Positions 31,775 through 40,481 of a stretch of 64,000 nucleotides of DNA are shown here, in pieces. The DNA lies in assembly GCA_965205655.1 (NCBI GenBank), contig CBDBIJ010000015.1:32001-96000 (forward strand), read 5' to 3'. The notes beneath the pieces are model-generated. The model saw nothing but the letters and a program-made list of their open reading frames with translations. It ran no database searches and had not been told where the DNA came from. The translations under genes and the position numbers were made by a program. The stretch is from Candidatus Latescibacterota bacterium (GTDB lineage: Bacteria > Latescibacterota > UBA2968 > UBA8231). The number at the start of each line of letters is the position of its first letter. The first letter of the stretch is position 1.

Positions 31775-32302
31775 TTACTCGTCCCCATCAACCCCTTCGG
31801 GCGTTCGCTGCTTGACGACGACGCGGTTGCCGTGAACGGCCAGAACCTCCACCTGAGAGCCTGAGTTGATGAAGTCCCCCTCGGTCACCACGTCGACGAA
31901 GCGCTCGCCGAATTGAGCCCGGCCGGCCGGCCGTAGGGGCGTTAGTGCGACACCCGTTTCCATTACCAGAGATTCCAACCCGAGGGGCGCCGAATCGAAT
32001 CCCGAGGCGCGATCTGTCTGTTTGTCGAGCACGAGCCGTTGCCAGGCTCGATTGCGGATGAGCAGCCAGATGAGAGCGGCGGTGCCGCTGACGCCGAGCA
32101 GTCCGGTAATGACCGCGGCTTCGGTCCCGAGTTTGACGTAGGCGAAGCCGACTCCAAGGCACACGGTAGCAAAGCCGATGACACCGAAAATATTGAATCC
32201 CGGAATGACGAAGATCTCGAGAAGGATGAGAACGAACCCCAGGATCAGCAGGCCGATCGCGTAGCCCCACAGGAGCAGGTCAGCACTGAACGGCGTGCTC
32301 AC
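31775..32302 (-). CDS. Short NfeD-family protein
   Basis: Three TM segments (LEIFVIPGF) plus the OB-fold GVALTPLRPAG...VDVVTEGDFI..G..VEV. Confidence 0.88.
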   Translation of the reverse strand: MSTPFSADLLLWGYAIGLLILGFVLILLEIFVIPGFNIFGVIGFATVCLGVGFAYVKLGTEAAVITGLLGVSGTAALIWLLIRNRAWQRLVLDKQTDRASGFDSAPLGLESLVMETGVALTPLRPAGRAQFGERFVDVVTEGDFINSGSQVEVLAVHGNRVVVKQRTPEGVDGDE

Positions 32303-33780
32303 GACGGCCTCACCACGACGCGGCTGCCGCGGGCTTCGATCACCTTCACCGACGTTTGCTCGTCGATGAATTCCCCTTCGGCGATAATGTCGACTCGCCG
32401 ACCGTCGAACAGGCCGACGCCGACGGGTCTCAACTCGCTCAGCGTGACCCCCTCCTGCCCCACCAGATCGCTGTCGCGCTCAGTGGGCGCGGACACGTAT
32501 CCTTCGTCGGCTGGAGTTCGACTGCCCAGAATGAGCCGGTTGAAGGCGGCGAGCCTGGGGAGCGATTTCAGCAAAATGACGGAGGCGACTATGGCGGCGA
32601 TCATCGACAGAGCCAGCTGGCCCACGATCTGGGAAATCTCGTCGAGCCCCCAGAGACCCCACCATTCGGTCGAGGGCAGCCGGGTCAACAGCAGGCTCGC
32701 CAGCATGCAGAGAATGCCGGCCAGACCCACCAGTCCGAAGCCGGGTATGAAGGCGACCTCCGCGACCAGAAGGACGAGTCCGACGACAAAGAGGAGAAGC
32801 TCCTCCCATTCGGCGAGATGGATGACGAGGTGGCTGCCGAAGAACAGGGCCAGAGCGATAATCGCCATCGAGCCGCCGAGCCCCCATCCCGGAGTGCGCA
32901 CTTCCGCGATGAGTCCAAAAATCGCCACCGACAACAGAATGGAGGTGACGATGGGGTTGGTGAGAAAACGCACCACCTGTTCGGCCCAGTTGATCCTCAC
33001 CTCGACGATCTCCGCGTCCTGCAGGTCGTAGATCTCCAGCACTTCTTCGATCGTCTCCGCCGTTTCGTCGGCGATGCCGTAGTGAAGCGCTTCCGCCGTC
33101 GTCAGCGTCGCCGGCCTGCCGACCACCTCGCTGAAACCGGGTATATCGATGCTTTCGTCCACCATTGCCTCGGCGATTTCCGGATCGCGACCAGTGCGAT
33201 TGGCCGTTCCTCGCATCGAGGCCTTCATCACCGAGACGATCTTCTCATCCGCCTTGTCGCCGCCTCCCGTCACCGGGGTGACAGCTCCGATCTCCGCCCC
33301 GCTCACCATGACGATCTGATCGCACGCCAACGAAATGAGGGCGCCCGCCGAAATCGCCTGCCGATTGATGAAGGCGATGGTGAGCGGTTCGGCGTCGAGG
33401 ATGGCGTCCTTGATAACCGTCGCCGCATCCACTCTGCCGCCGAAGGTGTCGATCTCGAAGAGGATGGCGTCTACCTCGGCTTCGCTCGCATCCTGCACAG
33501 CGCGCTCGATAAAGGCCGTGATGCCGGGATCGATCATCTCGCCCTGCGTGCTCACCGTGTGAACCTTGAGCAGGTGAACGATCGGTTTCCCCGGCGCCGC
33601 GATCGGCTTCTCCGACGCTGGTCCGGGCTCGATCTGAGTCGGTGAGAGCTCCTCTCCGTCCGCCCCGGTGAGGGAGGTTGACGACCCGGCGGAGGTGTCG
33701 CCGAACGACGCCGGCGTCAGGAGCCAGAGCAGCGAGAAGAGCGTCGTCGCGGTGCTGCCGCCTCGAGCGATCTTTATCAT
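32299..33780 (-). CDS. Long NfeD/YqeZ-family membrane-bound serine protease
   Basis: ClpP-like N-domain (IDTFGG, AISAGALI, EKI), TM region and C-terminal LRPVG...VDIIAEGEFI. Confidence 0.9.
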   Translation of the reverse strand: MIKIARGGSTATTLFSLLWLLTPASFGDTSAGSSTSLTGADGEELSPTQIEPGPASEKPIAAPGKPIVHLLKVHTVSTQGEMIDPGITAFIERAVQDASEAEVDAILFEIDTFGGRVDAATVIKDAILDAEPLTIAFINRQAISAGALISLACDQIVMVSGAEIGAVTPVTGGGDKADEKIVSVMKASMRGTANRTGRDPEIAEAMVDESIDIPGFSEVVGRPATLTTAEALHYGIADETAETIEEVLEIYDLQDAEIVEVRINWAEQVVRFLTNPIVTSILLSVAIFGLIAEVRTPGWGLGGSMAIIALALFFGSHLVIHLAEWEELLLFVVGLVLLVAEVAFIPGFGLVGLAGILCMLASLLLTRLPSTEWWGLWGLDEISQIVGQLALSMIAAIVASVILLKSLPRLAAFNRLILGSRTPADEGYVSAPTERDSDLVGQEGVTLSELRPVGVGLFDGRRVDIIAEGEFIDEQTSVKVIEARGSRVVVRPS

Positions 33781-33822
33781 AAGCTGTTGTTTTGTCAGGG
33801 CAATCGAGTCTCGAACTGTTAG

Positions 33823-33851
33823 ATTGTATCTTGCCTGTCAGCCATTGTCAA
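33823..33851 (-). promoter_or_regulatory. Sigma70 promoter of the nfeD-floA operon
   Basis: TTGACA (33851-33846), 17-nt spacer, TACAAT (33828-33823). Confidence 0.75.
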
Positions 33852-33900
33852 CGCTCCAATGCAGACGGCGAAAATGGAGCGCGGCTGCCGTCGGACTTCA

Positions 33901-33929
33901 TTGACCATGCCAGAGGTCGCCGCTACATT
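33901..33929 (+). promoter_or_regulatory. Divergent sigma70 promoter of the GT-gfo-hrpA operon
   Basis: TTGACC (33901-33906), 17-nt spacer, TACATT (33924-33929). Confidence 0.6.
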
Positions 33930-34012
33930 GTGACTGCCACTTCAGCGGGCGACGACGTCAGTCCGACAGCACCGCGTGTCCTTCTCCGCACTCCTTCTCA
34001 CACACTATCTCG

Positions 34013-35038
34013 TTGACAAGCGCAGCAGTGACGATTCGGGCCCACCGGTGGCCTCTCGCGGTGTCATGTGTCCTCTGCGTTGCCTGGTTGGGCAGCCGTC
34101 CACTCGACCTCGACGAGGCGATCGTTCTTACACGATCCAATCTCGGCGTTGGCGATCTCATCCTGACGCCCTACAGCCCGCTCTACCTCGTCCTTCTCAA
34201 CCTCTGGAGCCGGGTCGCCGACGATCCACTCTGGCTACGGCTACTGGGTGTCGTTCTCGGCTTTGCCGGACTGTTTCTGTGTCCTCGCGTGCTGCGGGGT
34301 CTGGGCGGCACGCACGCGGAAGGTGGCGCCGTGTGGCTGCTGGCCTGTTCACCGTTCTTCGTCGACCAGCTGCGCACTGTGTCTCCGGCGCAGCTCGCCC
34401 TGCTGATGGTCCTTTTGTCCTATCTCTGTTTCTTCGAATACGTCAGAGCGGGACAGCGGAGGTGGCTTGCCGGGTGGATGGTGTCTGCTCTTCTCGCCGT
34501 TCTCGTTCATGGCGGCCTCTACTGCGTCGTCATTGTTCAATGCCTCGCCATGGCCTTCTATCGCCACCGTCTGTCCACCCGTCAGCGAAGCTGGTGGCTG
34601 GCTCAGATCGCACCCCTCATTCTGTTCGGAGCGCTCTTTGGCACCCAGTTCAACCGCTTCATCGCCCACCGACTCTCTCAGGTGAATCAGGTTTCCGCGG
34701 TGAGCGATCAGTGGTCGCGGCTGGCCACGGTGCTGCCGCTCCCGTGGTCCGCCGTGGGTGGCATCGTCGTTCTCCTCCTGATTCTGTCTGGGCTGCGCTC
34801 CTACCGCGATTGGCGCCGCGATACGCGGCATGGCCTCCTCATCCTGGGACTTGCTGTGCCGTCGGCGATCTGGCTGTTGTGGTTGCCACACGACTTCTAC
34901 GCGCTTGCCGCCCTTCCGTGCCTGGCCACGATCGGCTCCATGGGAATCCGCTCCTACCCCCGCTGGGGGCGCCAGCTTCTCTGCGTAGCCGTCATCGTCA
35001 TTTACGGCTGGAGCCACTGGCATTCGCTGCCATATTGA
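34013..35038 (+). CDS. Polytopic membrane protein, GT-C/GT39 (ArnT/PMT-like) glycosyltransferase-like
   Basis: LDLDEA, PLYLVLLNLW, LWLRLL and LLACSPFFV motifs; about 9-10 TM segments. Confidence 0.65.
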   Translation: MTSAAVTIRAHRWPLAVSCVLCVAWLGSRPLDLDEAIVLTRSNLGVGDLILTPYSPLYLVLLNLWSRVADDPLWLRLLGVVLGFAGLFLCPRVLRGLGGTHAEGGAVWLLACSPFFVDQLRTVSPAQLALLMVLLSYLCFFEYVRAGQRRWLAGWMVSALLAVLVHGGLYCVVIVQCLAMAFYRHRLSTRQRSWWLAQIAPLILFGALFGTQFNRFIAHRLSQVNQVSAVSDQWSRLATVLPLPWSAVGGIVVLLLILSGLRSYRDWRRDTRHGLLILGLAVPSAIWLLWLPHDFYALAALPCLATIGSMGIRSYPRWGRQLLCVAVIVIYGWSHWHSLPY

Positions 35039-35049
35039 CGGCGTCGGCC

Positions 35050-36027
35050 ATGTCAATCCGTTGGGGAATCATCGGCTGTGGCGATGTGACGGAGGTCAAG
35101 AGCGGCCCCGCTTTCTACAAGGCGGAAGGCTCTCGACTCGTCGCCGTGATGCGCCGCGACGAAGAAAAATCCCGCGACTATGCCCGGCGGCACGGTGTGC
35201 CAAAGTGGTACGCCGACGCCGATCAGCTCATCGGCGACCCCGAAGTAGATGCCGTCTACGTAGCCACGCCGCCCGATACACACGCGGAGTACACCGTGCG
35301 CGCCGCCCGCGCCGGCAAGCCGGTCTATGTCGAAAAGCCGATGGCGAGCAGCTACAGCGAGTGCGAGAAGATGATCTCCAGTTGCGACGATGCCGGCGTC
35401 CCCCTCTTCGTCGCCTACTACCGACGGCGTTTGCCGGTTTTCCTGAAGGCCGAGGAGTTGTTGCGCGCCGGGGCAATCGGCGATGTCCGCTTCGCCACTG
35501 TCGAGCTCGTCGCACCACCTGGCGACCAGGATCGCAACACTGAGGCGCGGCGCTGGCGCCTCATTCCCGAGGCCGCCGGCAATGGGTACTTCTTCGACCT
35601 GGGTTCGCATCAGCTCGATCTGCTCGACTACCTCCTCGGTCCCATCAGCGAGGCGGAGGGCACGGCGACGAATCAAGCCGGCTGGTACGAAGCCGCCGAC
35701 GTCGTCTGTGCCAGCTTTCGCTTTGAGTCCGGCGCAGTGGGGAGCGGCATGTGGTGTTTCAACGCCTACGGCCGCAGCCGCACCGATCGCACCCAGATCG
35801 TCGGCAGTCGCGGCAAGCTCGTATACTCTACCTTCGACCTCGAGGCGCCGTTGGCGCTCCATACCGATGACGGCGACGAGACCTTCGATCTACCACCGCC
35901 CGAACATGTTCAGCAGCCGCTGATCCAGTCGATGATCGACGAGCTACTGGGCCGCGGCCGCTGTCCAAGTACGGGGGAATCCGCCGCGCGCACGAGCCGC
36001 GTCCTCGATTTGGTCGCGGGCGTTTGA
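35050..36027 (+). CDS. Gfo/Idh/MocA-family oxidoreductase
   Basis: True start MSIRWGIIGCGDV; VYVATPPDTH, VYVEKPMA and DLGSHQLD. Confidence 0.93.
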   Translation: MSIRWGIIGCGDVTEVKSGPAFYKAEGSRLVAVMRRDEEKSRDYARRHGVPKWYADADQLIGDPEVDAVYVATPPDTHAEYTVRAARAGKPVYVEKPMASSYSECEKMISSCDDAGVPLFVAYYRRRLPVFLKAEELLRAGAIGDVRFATVELVAPPGDQDRNTEARRWRLIPEAAGNGYFFDLGSHQLDLLDYLLGPISEAEGTATNQAGWYEAADVVCASFRFESGAVGSGMWCFNAYGRSRTDRTQIVGSRGKLVYSTFDLEAPLALHTDDGDETFDLPPPEHVQQPLIQSMIDELLGRGRCPSTGESAARTSRVLDLVAGV

Positions 36028-39000
36028 TGCCAGACGCCGCCGACAGTGCGACGACCTTCGACGATGTCGAAACGCTGCTGGAGGAGTGCATGCTCTGCGA
36101 CCGCGTGGCGTTCGAGCGCCGTCTGCGAAATCTGAGAAAAGGGCGGCGGAGAGGCGCACCTGCGGCGGAGCTCGAACGGCTCCTGCTCAAAGCGCAGGAC
36201 TCGCGCGACCGACGGCGCCGACGGCACTCGCTCGTGCCGCCGATCACCTACCCCGATTCTCTTCCGATCACCGCCAGAAAGGACGAGATCCTCCAAAGCT
36301 TCAAGGAGCACCCGGTCGTCATCGTCGCCGGTGACACCGGCTCTGGCAAATCGACGCAGATACCGAAAATGTGCCTGGAGGCCGGCCGCGGGGTGGCGGC
36401 GCAGATCGCCTGTACTCAGCCGCGACGAGTCGCTGCAACCGCTCTGTCGAGACGCCTGGCCGACGAGCTCGGCGTGGGCTGGGGCGCCGAGGTGGGATGC
36501 AAGATCCGCTTTCGCGACCACACGTCGCCGGACACGCTCGTGAAAATGGTGACCGACGGCATGCTAGTGGCAGAAATCCGGGGCGACCCCGACCTCTATC
36601 GGTACGATACCGTGATCGTCGATGAGGCCCACGAGCGTTCCCTCAACATCGACTACCTCCTCGGTTACCTGCGGGTCCTTCGGCGGCGCCGACCCGACTT
36701 GAAGGTCATCATCACCTCTGCCACCATCGACACGGAGAAATTCTCGAGCGCCTTCGACGGTGCTCCCGTCATCGAGATAAGCGGCCGCATGTACCCGGTG
36801 GAGGTGCGGCACCTGCCGCTGGATGAACTCCTTCATGAAGACGAGGATCTCTCGTACGTCGATGCCGCGGTGCGGGCCGTCGTCGACCTGCTGTCAGAAT
36901 CACGTGACGGCGACGTGCTCCTGTTCATGCCCGGAGAGCGCGATATCCGCGAGTGTCGGGATCTTCTCGAAGCCCGCCGACTCGCAGATGTGGAAATCCT
37001 CGCCCTGTTTTCACGCCTCACGAGCGCTGAGCAGCAACGGGTGTTCAATCCAGGGAGCGCGCGGCGCGTCATCGTATCCACGAACGTGGCAGAGACCTCG
37101 ATAACGATTCCGAGAATTCGCTTCGTCGTGGATACGGGTCTCGCTCGCCTTAACCGCTTCAACCCTCGAACCCAGACGCAGCGACTGCCGATCGAGGCGA
37201 TCTCTCAGAGCAGCGCGGAGCAGCGCGCAGGCCGCTGTGGCCGCGTCCAGGATGGGGTGTGCGTCCGTCTGTATGGAGAAGAGGACTTCCAATCGAGACC
37301 CAGGTACACCCAACCGGAAATCCAGCGCTCGGATCTGGCCGAGGTCATTCTCCGCATGCGGGATCTGAATCTCGGCGAGGCGGAGCGCTTCCCCTTCGTC
37401 GACCCCCCTTCACCACAGGCGATAAAGGCCGGCTATCAGTCGCTCCAGGAATTGGGTGCCCTCGACGCTCAACGGCGGCTGACTGCGCTCGGCCGCGACA
37501 TGGCCCGGTTGCCGATCGCTCCCACCGTGTCGCGCATGATCCTACAAGCCAAGCAGGAGAACGCCCTGCGCGAGGTCGTCGTCATCGCTGCTGCGATCAG
37601 CATTCAGGATCCTCGAGAGCGGCCTCTCGAGCAGCAGGAGGAGGCAGACCGCTCCCACCGACAGCTCGCTCATCCCGAGTCGGATTTCCTGACGCTGCTG
37701 CGCATCTGGGATACCTACCACGAGCGCCTGGGCCAGCTCAGGACGCAGAATAAGATGCGGCGCTTTTGTCGCGAGCACTTTCTCTCCTTTGTGCGCATGC
37801 GCGAATGGCGTGATATCCACGAACAACTCGGTGAAGCGCTGCGGGAGCCCCGCACATTCAAAGTGCACCGGCGCCAGGCGGAGTCACCGGCCTCGTACGA
37901 CGCCGTGCATCGATCGATCGTCGCCGGCCTGCTCGGCAATGTGGCCCGCAAGAAGGAGCACAATCTCTACCGTGCCGCCCGCAACCGCGACGTGATGCTG
38001 TTTCCCGGATCCGGATTGTTTCAGAGAAAGGCAAGCTCCGCCAGGAAGGACGCGGCTGCGGGGAGCCAGACTGTCTCTGGAGATGTGTCGCTGGTCGAAG
38101 ACAGCCAGGGCGGTGCTCCGTCGTGGATCGTCGCCTCCGAGATGGTGGAGACGTCGAGGCTGTTCGCCCGTTGCGCGGCGCGCGTCGACCCCACCTGGTT
38201 GCTTGAGCTCGGATCGCATCTGTGTCGATCCTCCTATCGCGATCCCTACTGGAATCGGCGCTCCGGCCGGGTCCTGGTGCGTGAGACCGTGCGCCTACAC
38301 GGCCTCGAGTTGACGACCCGGGAGATTCCCTATGGTCGCGTCGATTCGACTGCGGCCACCGAGATGTTCATCCGCGACGCCCTTGCAGCAGACGACGTCG
38401 ACACACCTCACCGCTTCCTGAAACACAACCGAGATCTTCGAGAGCGCATCGAGACCTGGCAGACGAGGATGCGGCGCCGGGACGGCATCGATCTCGAGGG
38501 TGCCGCTGTCGATTTCTACACCCGGCGCCTGACTGATGTCTCGTCCGTGCACGACCTGAACCGGATCATTCGCCAGCGGCAGGATGGTGGTGATCAATTT
38601 CTCCACATGGTCGAAGCAGATTTGCTCGGAGACAGGGATTTGTCTGTAGACCGCAAGTCCTTCCCCGATTTTTTGAGTTTGGATGGAAACCAAGTAGAGC
38701 TGGCCTACGCCTATCGGCCGGGAGAGGACGAAGACGGTGTAACGATCAGGCTCACCCACTCACAGCTGAACACCGTGCATCCGGAAATCCTCGAGTGGCT
38801 CGTCCCCGGTTTATTCGAGGAGAAGATCACCTGCCTGTTGCGCACGCTGCCAAAGGGGATTCGCAAGTCGCTCGTGCCGATTCCACAGACCGCCAGGGCA
38901 ATTGCCTGCGAACTCGAGCCGACTCACCCGTCGTTCATCGAGTGCCTCGAAGAGTTTATGCGCCGCCGCTACCGCGTCGACATCCGTCGCTCGGATTGGA

Positions 39001-40010
39001 GGCCCGACGATTTGCCGCACCACCTGCGAATGCGTGTAGAGGTATGCGACGACGGTGGAAACGTGGTGATTGCCGGTCGTGACCTGACTGAAATCTGCCG
39101 CCGCCTCGAGCGTCACGACACGCCTGCTGAGGTCGAGGCCTGGAAGCGGCAATCGGATGAATTCAGCCGCGACGCTCTCACCGATTGGAGCATCGACGAT
39201 CTGCCTGAGCGCGTCGAGGTCACTCGAGTCTCTGGGGTTCCTCTCTTCGGGTATCCCGGACTTGAGCGGCACGACGCCGGCGCGGGCTTGAGACTCTTCA
39301 AGACGCGCACCGAAGCGGAGGCCGCGAGCCGCGGTGGCTTCGTGAGGCTGTTCGAATCGGTCCTCAAACCGGATTTGGTCTGGTTGCGAGCTGAACTCGA
39401 GGCGCTTCGACGACTCGGGGACCTCTACTCGCCAGCCAGGGACCAGCTCGCAGCGGACGCCTACGAGAGTGTCGTCACGCACCTGTTCGCGACCGATCCC
39501 GTTCTGCCGCTGACCCGGCGCAGTTTCGAGGGCCGGCGGCAGCGCGCCCTCATGGAACTGCCAGCTCTCAGCTCCGCCTGCACCGATGTCGTCAGCGGGC
39601 TGCTGGAAACTCGCCTGGACATTCTCGCGTGCGAAAACTCATACGCAGAGCTGGCAGACGATCTCCAGCGCCTGCTCCCGGACCGGTTTCTCAGAGTCGT
39701 CCCGTTCGAGCGGCTCGGCGATCTGGCGCGCTTTCTCAAGGCCGTGCTCATCCGCGCCGAGCGTTCGCGACTCGACCCGTCGAAGGACGTCTCGAAAGCC
39801 GAACAGGTGAGCGTCTATGCCGACCGACTGCATGAGCTGCTGGGCGAGGAGCTGGTCGTCGGCTCGCGTCGCCGTCAGCTCATCGATGAGTTTGGCTGGC
39901 TCCTGGAAGAGTGGCGCGTCTCCGTCTTTGCACAGGAACTCGGCACGCCGCAACCTGTCTCGCCAAACCGGCTGGAGGCGAAACTGAGAGAAATAGAAAG
40001 CTCTGAGTAA
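36027..40010 (+). CDS. hrpA: ATP-dependent RNA helicase HrpA
   Basis: GDTGSGKSTQ, TQPRRVAA, DEAHERS, SATID, TNVAETSITIP, QRAGRCGR, HA2 and a DUF3418-like tail ending EWRVSVFAQELGT. TGATG overlap with the upstream gene. Confidence 0.96.
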   Translation: MPDAADSATTFDDVETLLEECMLCDRVAFERRLRNLRKGRRRGAPAAELERLLLKAQDSRDRRRRRHSLVPPITYPDSLPITARKDEILQSFKEHPVVIVAGDTGSGKSTQIPKMCLEAGRGVAAQIACTQPRRVAATALSRRLADELGVGWGAEVGCKIRFRDHTSPDTLVKMVTDGMLVAEIRGDPDLYRYDTVIVDEAHERSLNIDYLLGYLRVLRRRRPDLKVIITSATIDTEKFSSAFDGAPVIEISGRMYPVEVRHLPLDELLHEDEDLSYVDAAVRAVVDLLSESRDGDVLLFMPGERDIRECRDLLEARRLADVEILALFSRLTSAEQQRVFNPGSARRVIVSTNVAETSITIPRIRFVVDTGLARLNRFNPRTQTQRLPIEAISQSSAEQRAGRCGRVQDGVCVRLYGEEDFQSRPRYTQPEIQRSDLAEVILRMRDLNLGEAERFPFVDPPSPQAIKAGYQSLQELGALDAQRRLTALGRDMARLPIAPTVSRMILQAKQENALREVVVIAAAISIQDPRERPLEQQEEADRSHRQLAHPESDFLTLLRIWDTYHERLGQLRTQNKMRRFCREHFLSFVRMREWRDIHEQLGEALREPRTFKVHRRQAESPASYDAVHRSIVAGLLGNVARKKEHNLYRAARNRDVMLFPGSGLFQRKASSARKDAAAGSQTVSGDVSLVEDSQGGAPSWIVASEMVETSRLFARCAARVDPTWLLELGSHLCRSSYRDPYWNRRSGRVLVRETVRLHGLELTTREIPYGRVDSTAATEMFIRDALAADDVDTPHRFLKHNRDLRERIETWQTRMRRRDGIDLEGAAVDFYTRRLTDVSSVHDLNRIIRQRQDGGDQFLHMVEADLLGDRDLSVDRKSFPDFLSLDGNQVELAYAYRPGEDEDGVTIRLTHSQLNTVHPEILEWLVPGLFEEKITCLLRTLPKGIRKSLVPIPQTARAIACELEPTHPSFIECLEEFMRRRYRVDIRRSDWRPDDLPHHLRMRVEVCDDGGNVVIAGRDLTEICRRLERHDTPAEVEAWKRQSDEFSRDALTDWSIDDLPERVEVTRVSGVPLFGYPGLERHDAGAGLRLFKTRTEAEAASRGGFVRLFESVLKPDLVWLRAELEALRRLGDLYSPARDQLAADAYESVVTHLFATDPVLPLTRRSFEGRRQRALMELPALSSACTDVVSGLLETRLDILACENSYAELADDLQRLLPDRFLRVVPFERLGDLARFLKAVLIRAERSRLDPSKDVSKAEQVSVYADRLHELLGEELVVGSRRRQLIDEFGWLLEEWRVSVFAQELGTPQPVSPNRLEAKLREIESSE

Positions 40011-40145
40011 ATGGTGTTCGCCAACCCGTTGAAGAGAGTGAAAAACCTTGATTAATTGCGGAGGTGTCGTATCTTGGTACTTGGCTGGGTGTGCAATATT
40101 TGCGTTGGAGCCGCGCCTATAGGTTCTGAGTCCGCAAGGAGAGCG

Positions 40146-40456
40146 ATGGAAGCTGTATTCATGATCGCCGCACTGGTGTTTATCTTTGCCGTCGTCGTGG
40201 CAAAGGTTATGACGACCGGGCTTCTGGGGCGCATGAACGCCAGATCAGCCAGGTGGCCTCGATCAAGCAGGAGGCACTCAATCGGCTCAAGACAGCCAAG
40301 GGCCAGAAGGGTGTGATCGAGAAAAATAAGATCATACTCGAGAAGAAGAAGACGAAAGTGACCAAGCAGATCGGTCGCCTGAAAAAAGAGATGGCCGGGT
40401 TCAAGGAAGAAGAGCAGGCCCGCCGTCAGCGTTCCGAGGCCCGCCGGGTGGTCTGA
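40146..40456 (+). CDS. Small TM-anchored basic coiled-coil protein; frameshift near 40238
   Basis: AAGGAG RBS, then MEAVFMIAALVFIFAVVVAKVMTTGLLGRMN. One added C continues as RQISQVASIKQEALNRLKTAKGQK... Confidence 0.65.
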
Positions 40457-40481
40457 GCGCTCGCCATTTCTTCCCCTCGCA

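Noticed and set aside
33976..35049. 683-aa ORF suggesting a fusion upstream of the Gfo oxidoreductase
   Set aside because: The Arg/Pro-rich extension is an alternate frame over the membrane GT gene. The real start is at 35050.
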